This document shows, one piece after another, positions 1 through 12,900 of a DNA stretch of 64,000 bases (its first letter is position 1; each line of letters begins with the position of its first letter). The notes beneath the pieces were generated by a model. That model had not been told where the DNA came from, made no database searches, and worked only from the letters and a program-made list of their open reading frames with translations. Source of the DNA: Haplodiscus bocki (lineage: Eukaryota); the NCBI GenBank assembly GCA_965655095.1, contig OZ296656.1, positions 71,176,001-71,240,000 on the forward strand. The letters run 5' to 3'. The translations under genes were made by a program, and so were the position numbers.

Positions 1-3000
1 AGTTGGATTATCAGTTTATGTGAAAGAGCCGAGTGTGTATGCAACTGGATGTGAGGTCAAGTTACATGTGAAGCCGAAGTATTTATTCGCGACATAAATT
101 TTGTCTGGAAAGGTCGACTTCTTACGGAAAATCCTTCGTCCCAGTGACATTCCTAATAAGAATCGGACTGAGAATTCTAATCAGATTCGGGGTTATACTT
201 AGCGGGGGGTCTGTCTGATTGAGAGGGGGGTTCTAACGAGGAGGGGGTCCGAAAAATTTCAGATTCATAATCTTTATTAATCCCAAACATGGAATTTACT
301 CGGGTTTCTATTAACATTTGTAGGATTGAGGTCGCGAAAGCGAAGACTTTGTGAGTCGCGGATTAAGCAAAGTTATGTGAACAAAAAAGGGCAAAACGAT
401 TCTAACGTATTCCAAAAATCTAAAAATCCATACTAGGGGAATCAAAATTGGAGGGAGTAGTTGCCAATTTTGCGGCTCAGACAAGGCGCGAGAGGGTGAC
501 TCTTGATAAGAACTGCAGAGTACGTATTGCCAGATTGGTGGGAAGACTTTAGCGCGAAACTAGATACCAAACAGTATTAGAAAAAACGATATTAGCAGCA
601 ATGATGTAATTTAGCAACAGGACGCCCGGCTAGCACCGGAGTAGTGGGGGAATGGCAATTATAGATAAAATATTTTGAATTTTCTCAAAACGCACATCCG
701 ACATTTTCGCGACTCACTTCGATCGTATCAAAATTATTCCGATCAACAAATTGTTCGAAAATTAAAAACATTTCATCTTTAATTGCCAATTTCCCACTAC
801 TTCTATGTATAAAATATTGTATATGCTAGCATACCTGTGATTGTGATTGGTAATGTATTTTTAACTGTGTTTGTTTTGAGTAATTTTACAAAAATGTGTT
901 TTCATAAATTTGTAGAGCAAAATAAAAACAAAAATGGTCAACGAAATGGTTTGGAGTTTGCTTTTGGTTTGAGTCTGGGTTTAGTTAACATTTGTGAGAA
1001 ATACACCTCCCGCTGCCTAAAATTACGTCAAGTTGCCCTCAGTTTTTCCTTAATATTTTTACAAATTATTATCCGATTGACGTCAAACAAAAACCGTTAT
1101 AATCTACATTGAAATTGGAATGTAACCAAATAAATCCCACCAGAAAACTATCCCTGTAGGTCCAAAGGACACTGGGAAAAGTGGGAAAGGTATGGGTATT
1201 TTTTTGAAGTTCCGAATTCCATAGGGTGTTATACATCAATGGAAAGCTCTTTAATTGTAGGTTTTGGAAACGGTATTTGTTTTGAGTTTCGTTGAAAATA
1301 TGTTTCTCTAGATAGGAAATTCTATGCTCAAGAGATTGAAAAAAAATATTTGAAAAACGTGCTTTCACCAAAATGTTCGATTTCATAGTCTTTCTCACGC
1401 AATTCCATAACAAGACATTCTTTTAATTTTTTTTTCAAATCAAGCAAACATTCATTTCTAGATTTTTTAATACAGATAAAACTGTTTATGATTTTTAGTA
1501 TGTCTTCCAGTCCGTTCATTTAAAGAGCATAAAAATTATGATCTACAAACGACACACTTCACATCTTTTCCTAAAATAAAAGAAGTGTAACAATCCTCAC
1601 ATAAACATTGATGACCGCATTGGGGAAAAACAAAAACACTTGCTTTCCCCTCGTCTAAGCAAATAACACACTTCTGATGAAAAAGTTTTGAAATATCCTA
1701 TTTCCTCTTCACTTTCGAAATCTCGCCCGTTTACTTCTTCATCGTCTACTGCATCTACATCTCAATGAAATGAAAGAATTTTCGTAACTATATTTTCTCC
1801 GCAATTTGATGCATGATATTCATGAGGATCGAGACAAGTATCTGATGGAAAAAAGTACATTGTTAAAAACAACAGATATAGAGTACAGAAAAACGAATCT
1901 GGAAACATAAAATCTTCCCAAAAAGCCGTGTTTCGCGAAGTTTTCTCAGGAAACTCGACTGAATGAGTTTTCACACAAAATGAACACTGAGGAGATGCCG
2001 AGTGTTTTGAAGATACACACACAAATCAGGCAATTTTTGAGGTGATGAGAGTCGCAGTGAAGTAGCACAAACGGCAAAAGCAATTGAAAAAAATAGCTCT
2101 ATATCCAACGAGTACCTTGGTCAGACCACCTATCTACGACCAAGCCTACCCCAAGAAGCTCTCGACTGCTTCTCCAGGGAATCCGGGGGCGTCACGAAGC
2201 CTTGTTCACTTTTATTTCTTGCAAAAAAGGGATAAAAAGTTCTCTGAAGAGTAGACAAGTCTCAAGGAAACCGACTGTTGGACAATTTTCGGCAAAAAAT
2301 GCTTCAGAAAAGTTCACTCAGATTCGAAACTTGCATCACAACCCACTGTTCTACACATTGCTGAACCTTTCCTCATCTCAAGTGATATGCATCACTTTGA
2401 AGCACGCTGAACACGCTAAACTTTAGATATTGCTGACAATTATTTGAAAATTATTTTTCATAGAAACTTTTCGTCCAAAATTTCGTTAAAAAATCAAAAA
2501 ACTTTCGGCTAAAAACTGAATGCAACTAACGCTTCATATTCCATAGCCTAACAAGCATATGGATGCCATACAAGGGATATTAGGCCAGAGAAATGCGACA
2601 ACGTAAGTTGCCCTCTGAAAAAACCTGGGTTTTCAACTATTTTCACCGAAAACTTGCCGGTGAAACACTTTCGTACGCCCAAAATTTCGGCCCCGGTCAA
2701 TTGCGACCTCGCCAATGCAGCTAAGCAATAAGCAAGCGGATCCCCCGAACTCGTTTCTAGAAAATGAGCGTCAAAGTTGAGAAACGCAGTGGGCAATAGG
2801 GAATGTCAAATATGCTTCGAAAAAATTCAAAAACTTCGGTTTTTTTGACGAAAACTGGCCCAATTTTTTTTGGCAAAACATATCACAGCACGCTGCTCAA
2901 CTGAATGGTCTATCATCGATCAGTTCAAAACTGTAGCATTTCCAAGCTTATTGTGGAGACAGGAGTCAAAAATATAGCCTGTGTCCCATAAAAAATCCAA

Positions 3001-3786
3001 AAATTGACTTTTTTCGCGAATAACTCGCCGAAAAAAAACTTCGCCAGCCAAAAACTTGGAATAAGATAAATCGTGATCTCAACCTAGTGTTTATACAAAA
3101 ACTGGATAAATCCGACCAATAGGTGCCGAGAAAATTATATTTAAAGAGATGAAATGCAGAGGGTAGAGGGATGTCATGGGCAGGAAAAACGAAATCATTC
3201 TGACGTGGCTTTGTGCGAATAGAATTCACTCCGCTAGCCCCTACAAAAAAAGAATCGATTACTATATGAAACCAGTGATGACTGTTTTCATCCAATCATT
3301 TGAATTAATTTTACTGATTTATTTAGATGAAAATTTGAACCAAATTTTAGATCAATTAAATGAAATCATTTCAATGCCAATTTCACCATTATAAAATTCT
3401 GCAGCTGTATTCAAAATCCTGTGTCCTGAAAAGTCACCTGTTTGTGCAGCTGATTGTTCCCGGTATAGACAGACGACTTTTTTCGACACTGATTTATACA
3501 AAACAATAATTTGCTTTGACGCATGCTCACCTGCAATAATTTAAACCATTCCATCCAATTTTGAAAATCACTTATAGTGAATTATCATTTAGTGAAAATG
3601 GTCATTACTGAATGCAGCCCTGTAGTGCTTCGCCACCTTTGCTTCAAATCAAAACTCCTTACAATTTTGACGCTTAGTTAGGTCGACAAAAGGTCCCGAA
3701 ACATTTCCCAATAATATTGCATACTTATGGCATCCATATTAAAAACAACCATTAAATTCGGATTTTTGATGACCTTGTTGACTAAC

Positions 3787-3947
3787 TTTGAGAACATGTT
3801 CGGGCACGTTGTCTTTCATTTCCTGAGGCACTTGGAATATGTCGTGACCGAGATCCAACCTGTAAGGACCTCCGATGCCCCCCAATCCGGCTGTGTCAGC
3901 CCCGCCAGAACCTCCAGCCCACGTATTCCCACCAACATGAGGCATGC
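3787..3947 (-). CDS. VWA8: VWA8 exon 8 (Gly-rich motif preceding the vWA domain)
   Basis: cctag|GC ATG CCT CAT...CTC AAA|gttagt; PHVGGNTWAGGSGGADTAGLGGIGGPYRLD. Confidence 0.92.
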
Positions 3948-6900
3948 CTAGGACGATTTCAAACGGTGATGTAAAATAAAATACTAAACGGAAAAAATCT
4001 GCAATGATTCTAATCAGGAAGATCCAAAAAGCTCAACCATAAAAGAGGTCAATGAATTCACGAAAACTAGTGGAAAGTATCACCAATTATTTAGGATCTC
4101 TAATTTCAAAAATTTTGATATTACCAAGTAGTTTACACCGGGAGAACCTCGAAATCCCGTGTTCAAACAATTCCGGTGAAAACAAGAAAAATGGCTATCA
4201 CGCAAGCTTCCGATTCTGTGCAAAATAGCCTGCTTCCCGCATCTAAAATTTCTGCAGCAACATTTTGCTGCCCTGCCCAGCCGGATTAAATATTACTCTG
4301 GACTCCATCATCCATGACACTCACTTATAATTAGTCAATAACAACGTTTACCTGTTGGGTCAAACTTCCCATGTTTTGGACCAGTTGCTTCTTTATCAGA
4401 GTGACGTATCTTGACAGGTTCTTCTGGTTTGCCGACCAGCTCAGTCCACTTGCGATACGAAGAGGCTAACAAGTCATTGTTCACTTCCCATTGTCTAATT
4501 GTACCCCAGGGGTCACACGTGTAGACATACGAATCCCTGTCTGACGTCAGGATGACGTTATCATGACTCATCGGAGAGAGAGGGTGAACTAGGGGGTGCC
4601 TGTAAAAGAGATAATATCTCTAATGGAACAATTTCTGATCATTAGTTTAAACAAGTTTGCAAAATTATTATAAATTTTACTGTTACGAAAAATGCCTTTT
4701 AAACGGAATGGATTAGGCATTATTGGCTGAAATTATTAGCAGCTTTTACAGTTTGGTTAATTTTTTCATACCATTTCTCGGTGATGATATAACTAGGATT
4801 TAATTTCAAGTTCCTCATTTTAGGTAGATTACTCGTAGGTTTGGTTCATTTCTTTCAATTTGGAGAAAACTCACCTGTATCTGTTTTCCGGGAGAGGCAA
4901 GTATCGTATTACTTTTGAATGTACGTCAATCCATTCTAAGGATTTATTGAGAGTTCGAATATCAGTTCCTTCAGGTAAAGCATCTTTAGGCACAAACCGC
5001 GAATCGACCAATGAAATGACTGCATTCGAGGGACTCAAAAAAGTTGAATTCAGTTTCGACTTGATGGGATTACTTCGGCTAATTCCATACAAAGAACCTT
5101 CGTCCAGTTCTGGAAAACCCAAGGATACACCGACTTTGATAGCATTGGTGGTGAAAACTCTGGAAGGGCTTGTTATTTTGCCAATACTCAGCAAATCAGA
5201 AACAAGATTAGAGTCGAACGTATGAGAGAACTTGAAATCACTACCTTCCAGAACGTCCTTTTGGTACTGGTCCACAAAAAGTTCGGCTCCACCTCCGTCT
5301 AAGTTTCTATCGCCGTCAATAATTCTCAAGGAGAACTTTGATAATTTGTCATTTGTGTTTTTGAAACAGACTTCATCTTCAGAAGCGAATTCCAAAGTTT
5401 TAAAATCTGAGGGTAAATCAATCTGCACACATTTTAGTTTTTTGAAGTCAAATATCAGCAACTGATTCTGGTCGTCGGTGAATGCGAGAGATTTCGGCAA
5501 ATCACAAGAGGTATTTTTGATCATTCGAAGGGACGATCCAGCTCGACTTCCAAAAATGGACGACGAAAGAGATGATCCTCTGCTCTTGGGCGTGTAGTGA
5601 TCCTGAACAGCAAATCTGGCTACTGTCTGGGTAGCCAAGCTCCACAACAATAATGTCCCTTTCATTGGCTCATACGAAGCAATGCAAACTTCCTTTTGGG
5701 ATCCCAAAAATTTGGGGGTCTGAATAAGGCTCAACTGAAAAACAGGTTTGTGACCTCGTCCACTAAGCAATATGTCTAGATCAAAAATGCGGCATGAGTC
5801 ATTTTCAGAAGTTCCTTTCAGAGCCAAATCGACATGCACCAAACGTGCTGGGTTGGATAAAACAACGTACAATGAATTCCTATGAACTTCCATGTCACAA
5901 ACTACAGAGTTGTCTTCCATAGGTACTGACCAAATTTTACTGAGTTCTTGAAAGACCTCTGCTCGTGGAAAATGAACGTCCAGTTTTTCCTTTACCGGAA
6001 CCGGACATTGAATGAACGCATTTTTGAAATCGAGCACCGATTCAGTGCAATATGCAATGCTAGAATCAAAAGATGATATCTCCAAATTACCTAGAGGTTC
6101 AAACTTCTCGAGGGGCAACGGTTTCGACATCTGAATACCCAAGTTCCCAAGTTTTACTGGTATGCCATGACGTTTGAGGATCGAATGAACTTCGTTCAGA
6201 TTTTGTTCATCAAACATGTCAAAGTCAAGTACATTCATCATAGCTCGTGTAACCCCTTCTTCTGGAAATCTGTTCAGATGTTTTACAACGTGAACCAACT
6301 CACGAGTTGAGTACGGATATGAAAGGACCCCGTTCTCAGATGCAAACCTCAATTCATCAAACGCATCAACTAGACGCTCAGTTATCTCATGCTCTACATT
6401 CGGTCCATACTTTTGCAGCATCGTCATTTGAGATGATTTACCTGGGTTATTGATGGCTAAACACGTGAACAAATCTCCCATAGATGCAAAGAAGTCGTTT
6501 CCTAGAAACGGATAACCGGGTCGGTTCGCTAGCACGATAACTCTAAATTCTGGATGGCAAACAATGATTTTTGATCGGTCAAAATTCTTGACTTTCGTAT
6601 TATAAGGAACTATTTTTCGGCCATCCGACAAAAACATGGAATTGTCTTCGATTAAACTTTTAAGGACACTTGTTACGTGTGTAGGCGCTTTGTCAGCTTC
6701 GTCTATAACCAAAACATGTCCATATTTGACTGCTTTGACTAAGACGGAATCTTCGTTAACAATGATTCCATCTTTGATATTCGGTTGAGTCGTTAGTGTT
6801 TGAACAGTTGTATCTCTGTGAAGTTGAACGTACTGGCGCGGTCTGTGCAACTGATTCAGAAGCTTGTCAGTTAGTTTGTTTTTGCCCACTCCCTGATTCC

Positions 6901-9900
6901 CAACCAGCAGAAGATGTTCTCCAAGCTCGTAACTTTGAAGCATCTGCTGCAGCAACAAGTTTTGTTCCTCGTTCTCGAAAAACAAAGTTTCAGGAACTAA
7001 TGTTAGATCTGAAGATGTGAGTCTTAGTTCCTCATCTGAGTTGTTGTTTAAATTTGAAGTTTGTTGAGGTAAAAAATGAGATTTCAAGTTTGAGGTTCCA
7101 ACGACGGTTTCGTTTGAGGTGCTTTTAGGGTACCACTTATCCAGGAGATTCAGAAGCGTCTCCTTGGGCAAAGAAGGCAAGAATTGCGGCATGAAAGATC
7201 TTTCCAGACAATCTCTGATATTGGTTGACGGATTACTGCTCACAACTGGAACGAAATAGTCAAAAATGAAATGCCAAAATTTAACAAAGGCGGGAGCAGG
7301 AGAAAACCGCCGATTTCAACAATGAGACTAAACTGCCGTTTGTTACCTAAGAACCGAGAAAGCGTCAGAAGTTTTCAGCTTACTAAAGTGTCTTGACCTA
7401 ATAATCAATAATTAGCAAGTATAGTACCAATATACTAAGAAACTGAAATCCCACTACACAATGAAATTCATTTCAATTTTTGCGGCATACAATTTTCAGC
7501 CTTTTCAAAACGGGCGTAATTAAAAATCTATGGTCCCCCCCCTCCATTTTCTAACTTTTTCTTGACACTCCCTTGCATGGGCCGAATATATCCAAGAAAC
7601 AATTTTTGAATATTTTACAACTTGCGTTTTCGAGGAAATTTTTGGTAAATGTATAAGGGAAGTATTTGGCTTTATTTTTTCCGTATGTGATTTTAAAGGC
7701 ATTGATTTTCGGCATTTGATTTGATGGGGAAAATGTTCGGTGTATGGAAGTTGGAATCACGAAAAAAAAAAAATTAAAAACTGCATATCATGGTATTTTA
7801 GTACATAAATTTACCATAATATTTTTTGTAAGCACTTACTTACTAGTGCTTGTGTTGCAAATCTTAATGCTATTTATACCACAAAAATCAAAACAAATTG
7901 ATTTTTGTAGTGGCATTACAGTTTCATTGGTATTTTATCAGTATAATGGTAAACAACTTGTTAATTATCGACATTTTTACCAAAACGTTTGTACCTTCAA
8001 GAACTCTTATCAAAATTGAAAGAAGTGGTAATTATTATTTTTCCAAATCGGCAGTTTTGTCCCGTTTTCAAAATCGGCAGTTTTTCCCCATTTTGTCTTA
8101 CATCCAGCCAGTTGAATATAAACTGATTTTTGAAATTTTCGTCGGTGAATACAATTTATAGTCAACTCAGCCGTCGTAAAATGGAAAATTGCCTGTAGTA
8201 CTGCTTCAAAAATGAGACATTTTGTGTTTGTTTGCAACTTTTAATAAAATAGTGACAGTAAGTTACCCTAGCCTGAGTATTTGTGGCCTATCTGGCACGG
8301 GAAAAAATTAGATCAAAAGGATTGATACTTCAGAAGAAAGTTTTCCATATCATGATTCGAAAAAAATTGCAATTAAAATTTTATTTTCAATTGATTTCTT
8401 TGTCATCAACAATTTAATAGGTTAAATTTATATTCGAACAAAAATAGAACATCACTGCATCCAAAAAAGCCAATATTTTCTCGTATTTTAAAGCTGAATA
8501 ATGAAGATGTTAAACATTGCAATATCGCCATTATTTAGGTTCGCATGAGAAGAACTTGTAAAGATCTTGAAACGCATTCTTTCATTTTCCAATGACTATC
8601 TCGTAGCAAGTATATGCATAAAGCTATCCCAGGGATTAAATTAGTTTTTCACACAAGGAAAATCAGAGAAATGGTCAATCGAATATTGCGGAAAATGATA
8701 AATTATACTGAAATGATGAATATACCTTTGAGAACTCTTCGGATTTGTTTACAGGAAAGAGATCCCGACAAAGAACGGACTGTATCATCGCTGCTCCGAC
8801 TGAGATAGTCCGAAAATTCACACAGCTTTTGAACCTTCTGTTTGTCCATATTAGGATAGAGCAACCCGAACAACGCGATTTGCTCAGGCAATTGTAATTG
8901 GTTAAGCACGTGAAAATGAAACATTGTCAACACTTCCGATGTGAGCCAATCCGAGTTGAAACTTTTCCAATTCGGCGGTTCCGAAATGGCCACAATTCGG
9001 AAACTCTCAGGAATTTTCATAACTCCCATTCTCTCGAGCTGAGAGGAATCTTTATCCATTCTCTCCATCAATGCCTCGAACTCGCTGTGCTTCAAAAACT
9101 TGGTTCCATCAAACAAAACAATATCTCCGTCCTGTAAAAGCGTTTGAATTGCAGGTAAAGTGTCGGGGTCTACATTATGAAGCCCATCTAAAATAGCAAT
9201 ATTTCCGGAAACAGCAGCTTCTATCAAAGGAGAGTTTGTCCAAAACGTGTCCCCGTTAGCGCGGGTGCTTCTCTGTTGTAGGAGGTCTCGAGCTGTGATA
9301 TCTTTGTACATCATGAAAACTTCGTGATCCAGACCAATTCTGGAAGCGAAGTCGCGACACAGAACTGACTTGCCAGTGCCCCGATTTCCCACGACACAAA
9401 GATGTGCACCTGAGGAGTAGCTTTGGATCATGTCTAAAACCAATCAAAGAACAACTTGGAATCACAAATTGACCCTGAAAGCCATCAGTGTAAAAATCTT
9501 TCAAAAAACGAAATCTTGAATATTGAAACCTGAGAAAACTTCTTTGGAATCTATAGAAATAGCTGTCACTGTTTCTAGAGTTTTGTGACCAACAAATAAT
9601 TTGAAAAATGCAAACAGCATCTTAAATTAAGTCCCTAAATTAATTTCAACTTTTGCTGCTCGGTTATAAGCTTTGTTCTAGACCACAAGCTTCATCTTTT
9701 AAAAACTGTCAGGGCCTAATATTAATACACATAAATGCTTCTATTGCTACTTGCATTGTTGAAATTCAAAAATTTCACACACTGTCTACTCAATGTTTGG
9801 CGCCTTTCATTTTGAACAACAATCTATGAAGAATTCGAAAAGTTAAAAAAAGCTTCACACAGAGGCGAAGCTGGGCTTCGCAACACTTGCGCCAACGGAA

Positions 9901-12900
9901 TACTAGTGAACAAATCGAACAAGTATAACTGATTTTGAAGACACCGCTATTTTGTGAAAACCCTTGATTAAACAGAAGGTCAAAAAATCATTTGTATTTA
10001 TGTAAATTTAACAAGTGCGAACTGCTAGGAGTTAATAATTCGTTTTACATTTAGCGCAGGCTGGAAAGTGAGCCATGTGAACCAATTTTTGCAAGAAAGC
10101 GAGAGCGCATGAACAAAATCTAGGCAACATTAGAATGCAGGCACAAATGCGAGTTGTGAACGGGTCGGGAAAAAAGACTGCGATATAACGCTTGCCAGCC
10201 CAAGTGTAATTAAAGACGTTTTCGTATCAAACTATTGGATTTCAAACGAACAACAATGTAATGATCTCGTGTACTGAGAACCTAACTTGAAGTTTCTAGT
10301 TTTCAAATCCGATGTTAAACTTGATAGAAAAACGTCCATTCTTTCATGACGCTCTTCAAAGCTGAAAACATTCCACCTCAACTTACCATGTATAAAATCT
10401 TCGTGCATCCGATTTGAAACAAACCCAGATTCACTTAATGCAGCTTTCACGTTTTTGAATACTGGCTTCACCACCTTCACATCTTCCATATTTCTCTTGG
10501 AATCATTCTGCGTAGTACTGTCTAACAATCCGCATTTCTTCAATGCATTTTCACTCCTTTTGCTTACGTCATCGCTGAACAACTTTGACGGGTACAACCA
10601 GGATAGACACTTCAGAGACGCTTCACTCGCATCGCTGATTTCCATTTTCATCTTACTGGCCAAAGAAACCAGAGACATCTCTGGAAACGCCGGCAGCCCA
10701 AGATCACTGGAATCCTTGCTGTTTATCACTTGACAGTACGTGACCATAGCCGACATCTGGTCGGACGAAAGATTCGAAGAGTTCCTGGAGATGGAGTTGA
10801 TGGCGTCTTTGAATGGTAATGACGCAATACTGCGGGCTTGAAACCTTGACCTCACGGGTGGATCCAAAGGATTGCCTCGAAAAGCAGGAACTGGTAACCC
10901 CAAAGCGATCACTCTGAAGTTCTCGCTCACGCGCTCCAGTTTTCGATGTTTCAATTCTTTCTGGAACAGAAACAAAACTTCCCAAATTTACTGTCATGCT
11001 GCACCTAAGTATTGGTGCAGGGAACGGACATTATTACCGAATTGGCTAGTGATTGCACTTTTCAGCGCAGTTAAGCTGTAACCACAACTAGCAAATAGCG
11101 AATTGAGGGCACATAATCAAAGTTGCATATTCGATTAGATATTTACGCATATGCAAAAAATTATTCAGAAGGAAATATACATTAGAAAAAGAGAGCACGA
11201 GAAGCAATTTCCAAAAAGTATTTTTGCTTCTAATAGGGTTGAACACCTTTCATCTTTTATCTGCCGAACTTCGAAAAAGTGATTTTTAAACCAAAAATAG
11301 GGCCCTTGGGGGTCAATCATCGAAAGGCAAAGGGAAGTAAAATGTTTGCCACAGAGGCGAAGCTTTGCTACGCAACACTTGCGCCAACAGAATACTAGTG
11401 AACAAATCGACTAAATATCACTGATTTTTGAAAGGGCCCACGATATTACAAATACTACTGATAATAAGTGTACAGAAACTCAGTTAATTCTTGTACATTC
11501 ATATACAAGTAAGAAACGCTATATTTCATTCGCTTGATATTTTAAACAAAAACACTGATTCTGAAGCGACAATGCCAGTCAGTAGAGCATGCGACTGCGG
11601 CGCGAACGTTTCGAGGTTCGAGCCTAGGTTATTTTCTCCTCTTGGGTCAAAATCTAGGAAGTTGTCTCAGTTGTGAACGGATCGGAACAAAAATTGAAGA
11701 CTGTTATAACTGTGTAATGAATTAAAATTTCTGAAGAAAGAGTTTAGAATAATCAAACTTGGATTCAAATTTTAGGGAAAAGCGTTCAGAAATTTGAACT
11801 GAAAGCTGGACTTTCAAGTTCATTTGCAAAAAAACCTACCTCTAAAACTATCAAACTATGGAGATATATCGGAATCTCCATGTTATGCCGGTGCAAAATT
11901 TGGGTGATTTGAAGACCTTGGTGACAGGATAAAAGACTTGAACTTGTCAAAATTTTCTAACGTACTAAAAATTGCTGCATTTTTCAGGTTTCTTTTGCAA
12001 AAAAAGTATCGTAAAATTGTCCGACCGCAACTAAAATTTAGTGTCTGGTACATTACAATCTTGTCGAAACGTTTCCGCAAAATGAAAAAAATCCGACAAA
12101 GATGCAAATTTATTAGCACTCAAAATTTGTCCCATTTGAAAAACTCTGCTGTCCAACGTTGACTGAGAATCTCATCACGTCCGATCACGAACATTGCAGA
12201 CAATTCCATCATATATGAAGCCGACGCATCCAGACAAGTTTACCATTCAAATAAATTTACGATTTCTGACGATCTAAAAATATCAGAAAAAAGTCAAGCC
12301 TCCGTCTTCGATATCAAAAAGTAGCTTATTTTTCCACACCAGCGAAGTTTACCAGCCGGAAACTCAAATATCTCACAGTACCTCAAACTCACAAGTGAAT
12401 GACTCTTCAAAAGGTTGTCGAATCGCGAGGGAGAAACCAGGAACCTTCCATCGTCCAACTGCATTTCGCGGTTCTCCAGTAAATTATTCAGAACAGGTAG
12501 AATGTTTCGCTCCGCTTTTTCAACTCCTTCCACAATCAGAAGACGACCATTGAGAGCAGCTCTTACAGCAGCTTGGTCAATGTAAACAGTTTTGTTGTCC
12601 AAAATTTCTCTGCGCTGTTTTATATCACTCTCGGTGACGTCACGGGTGATGGCCAGATACTCCACTTCTCGGTTGGTCAGTTCTGCATAGCGTAACGCTA
12701 TTCTTCTTCTAAGGGGACCAGGAGGACCGATCAGAAATATATCCTGTTGGAGAAGATCTTTCTGCGCAATCCATCTAAGAAAGAAATATCAAATCAACCT
12801 TAGCGGTAAGTACTGACTCAAGCAATCAATTGAAAATAGGACCTTGGCGGGCCTCAAACATTGAAGCAAAAGAGTCGAAAAATTCTCTTTAATTTCACTC

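Noticed and set aside
1-3700. C-terminal vWA-domain exons of VWA8
   Set aside because: I found no DVSGSM-type MIDAS motif or other expected VWA8 C-terminal sequence; the short ORFs here look non-coding or like repeat remnants.
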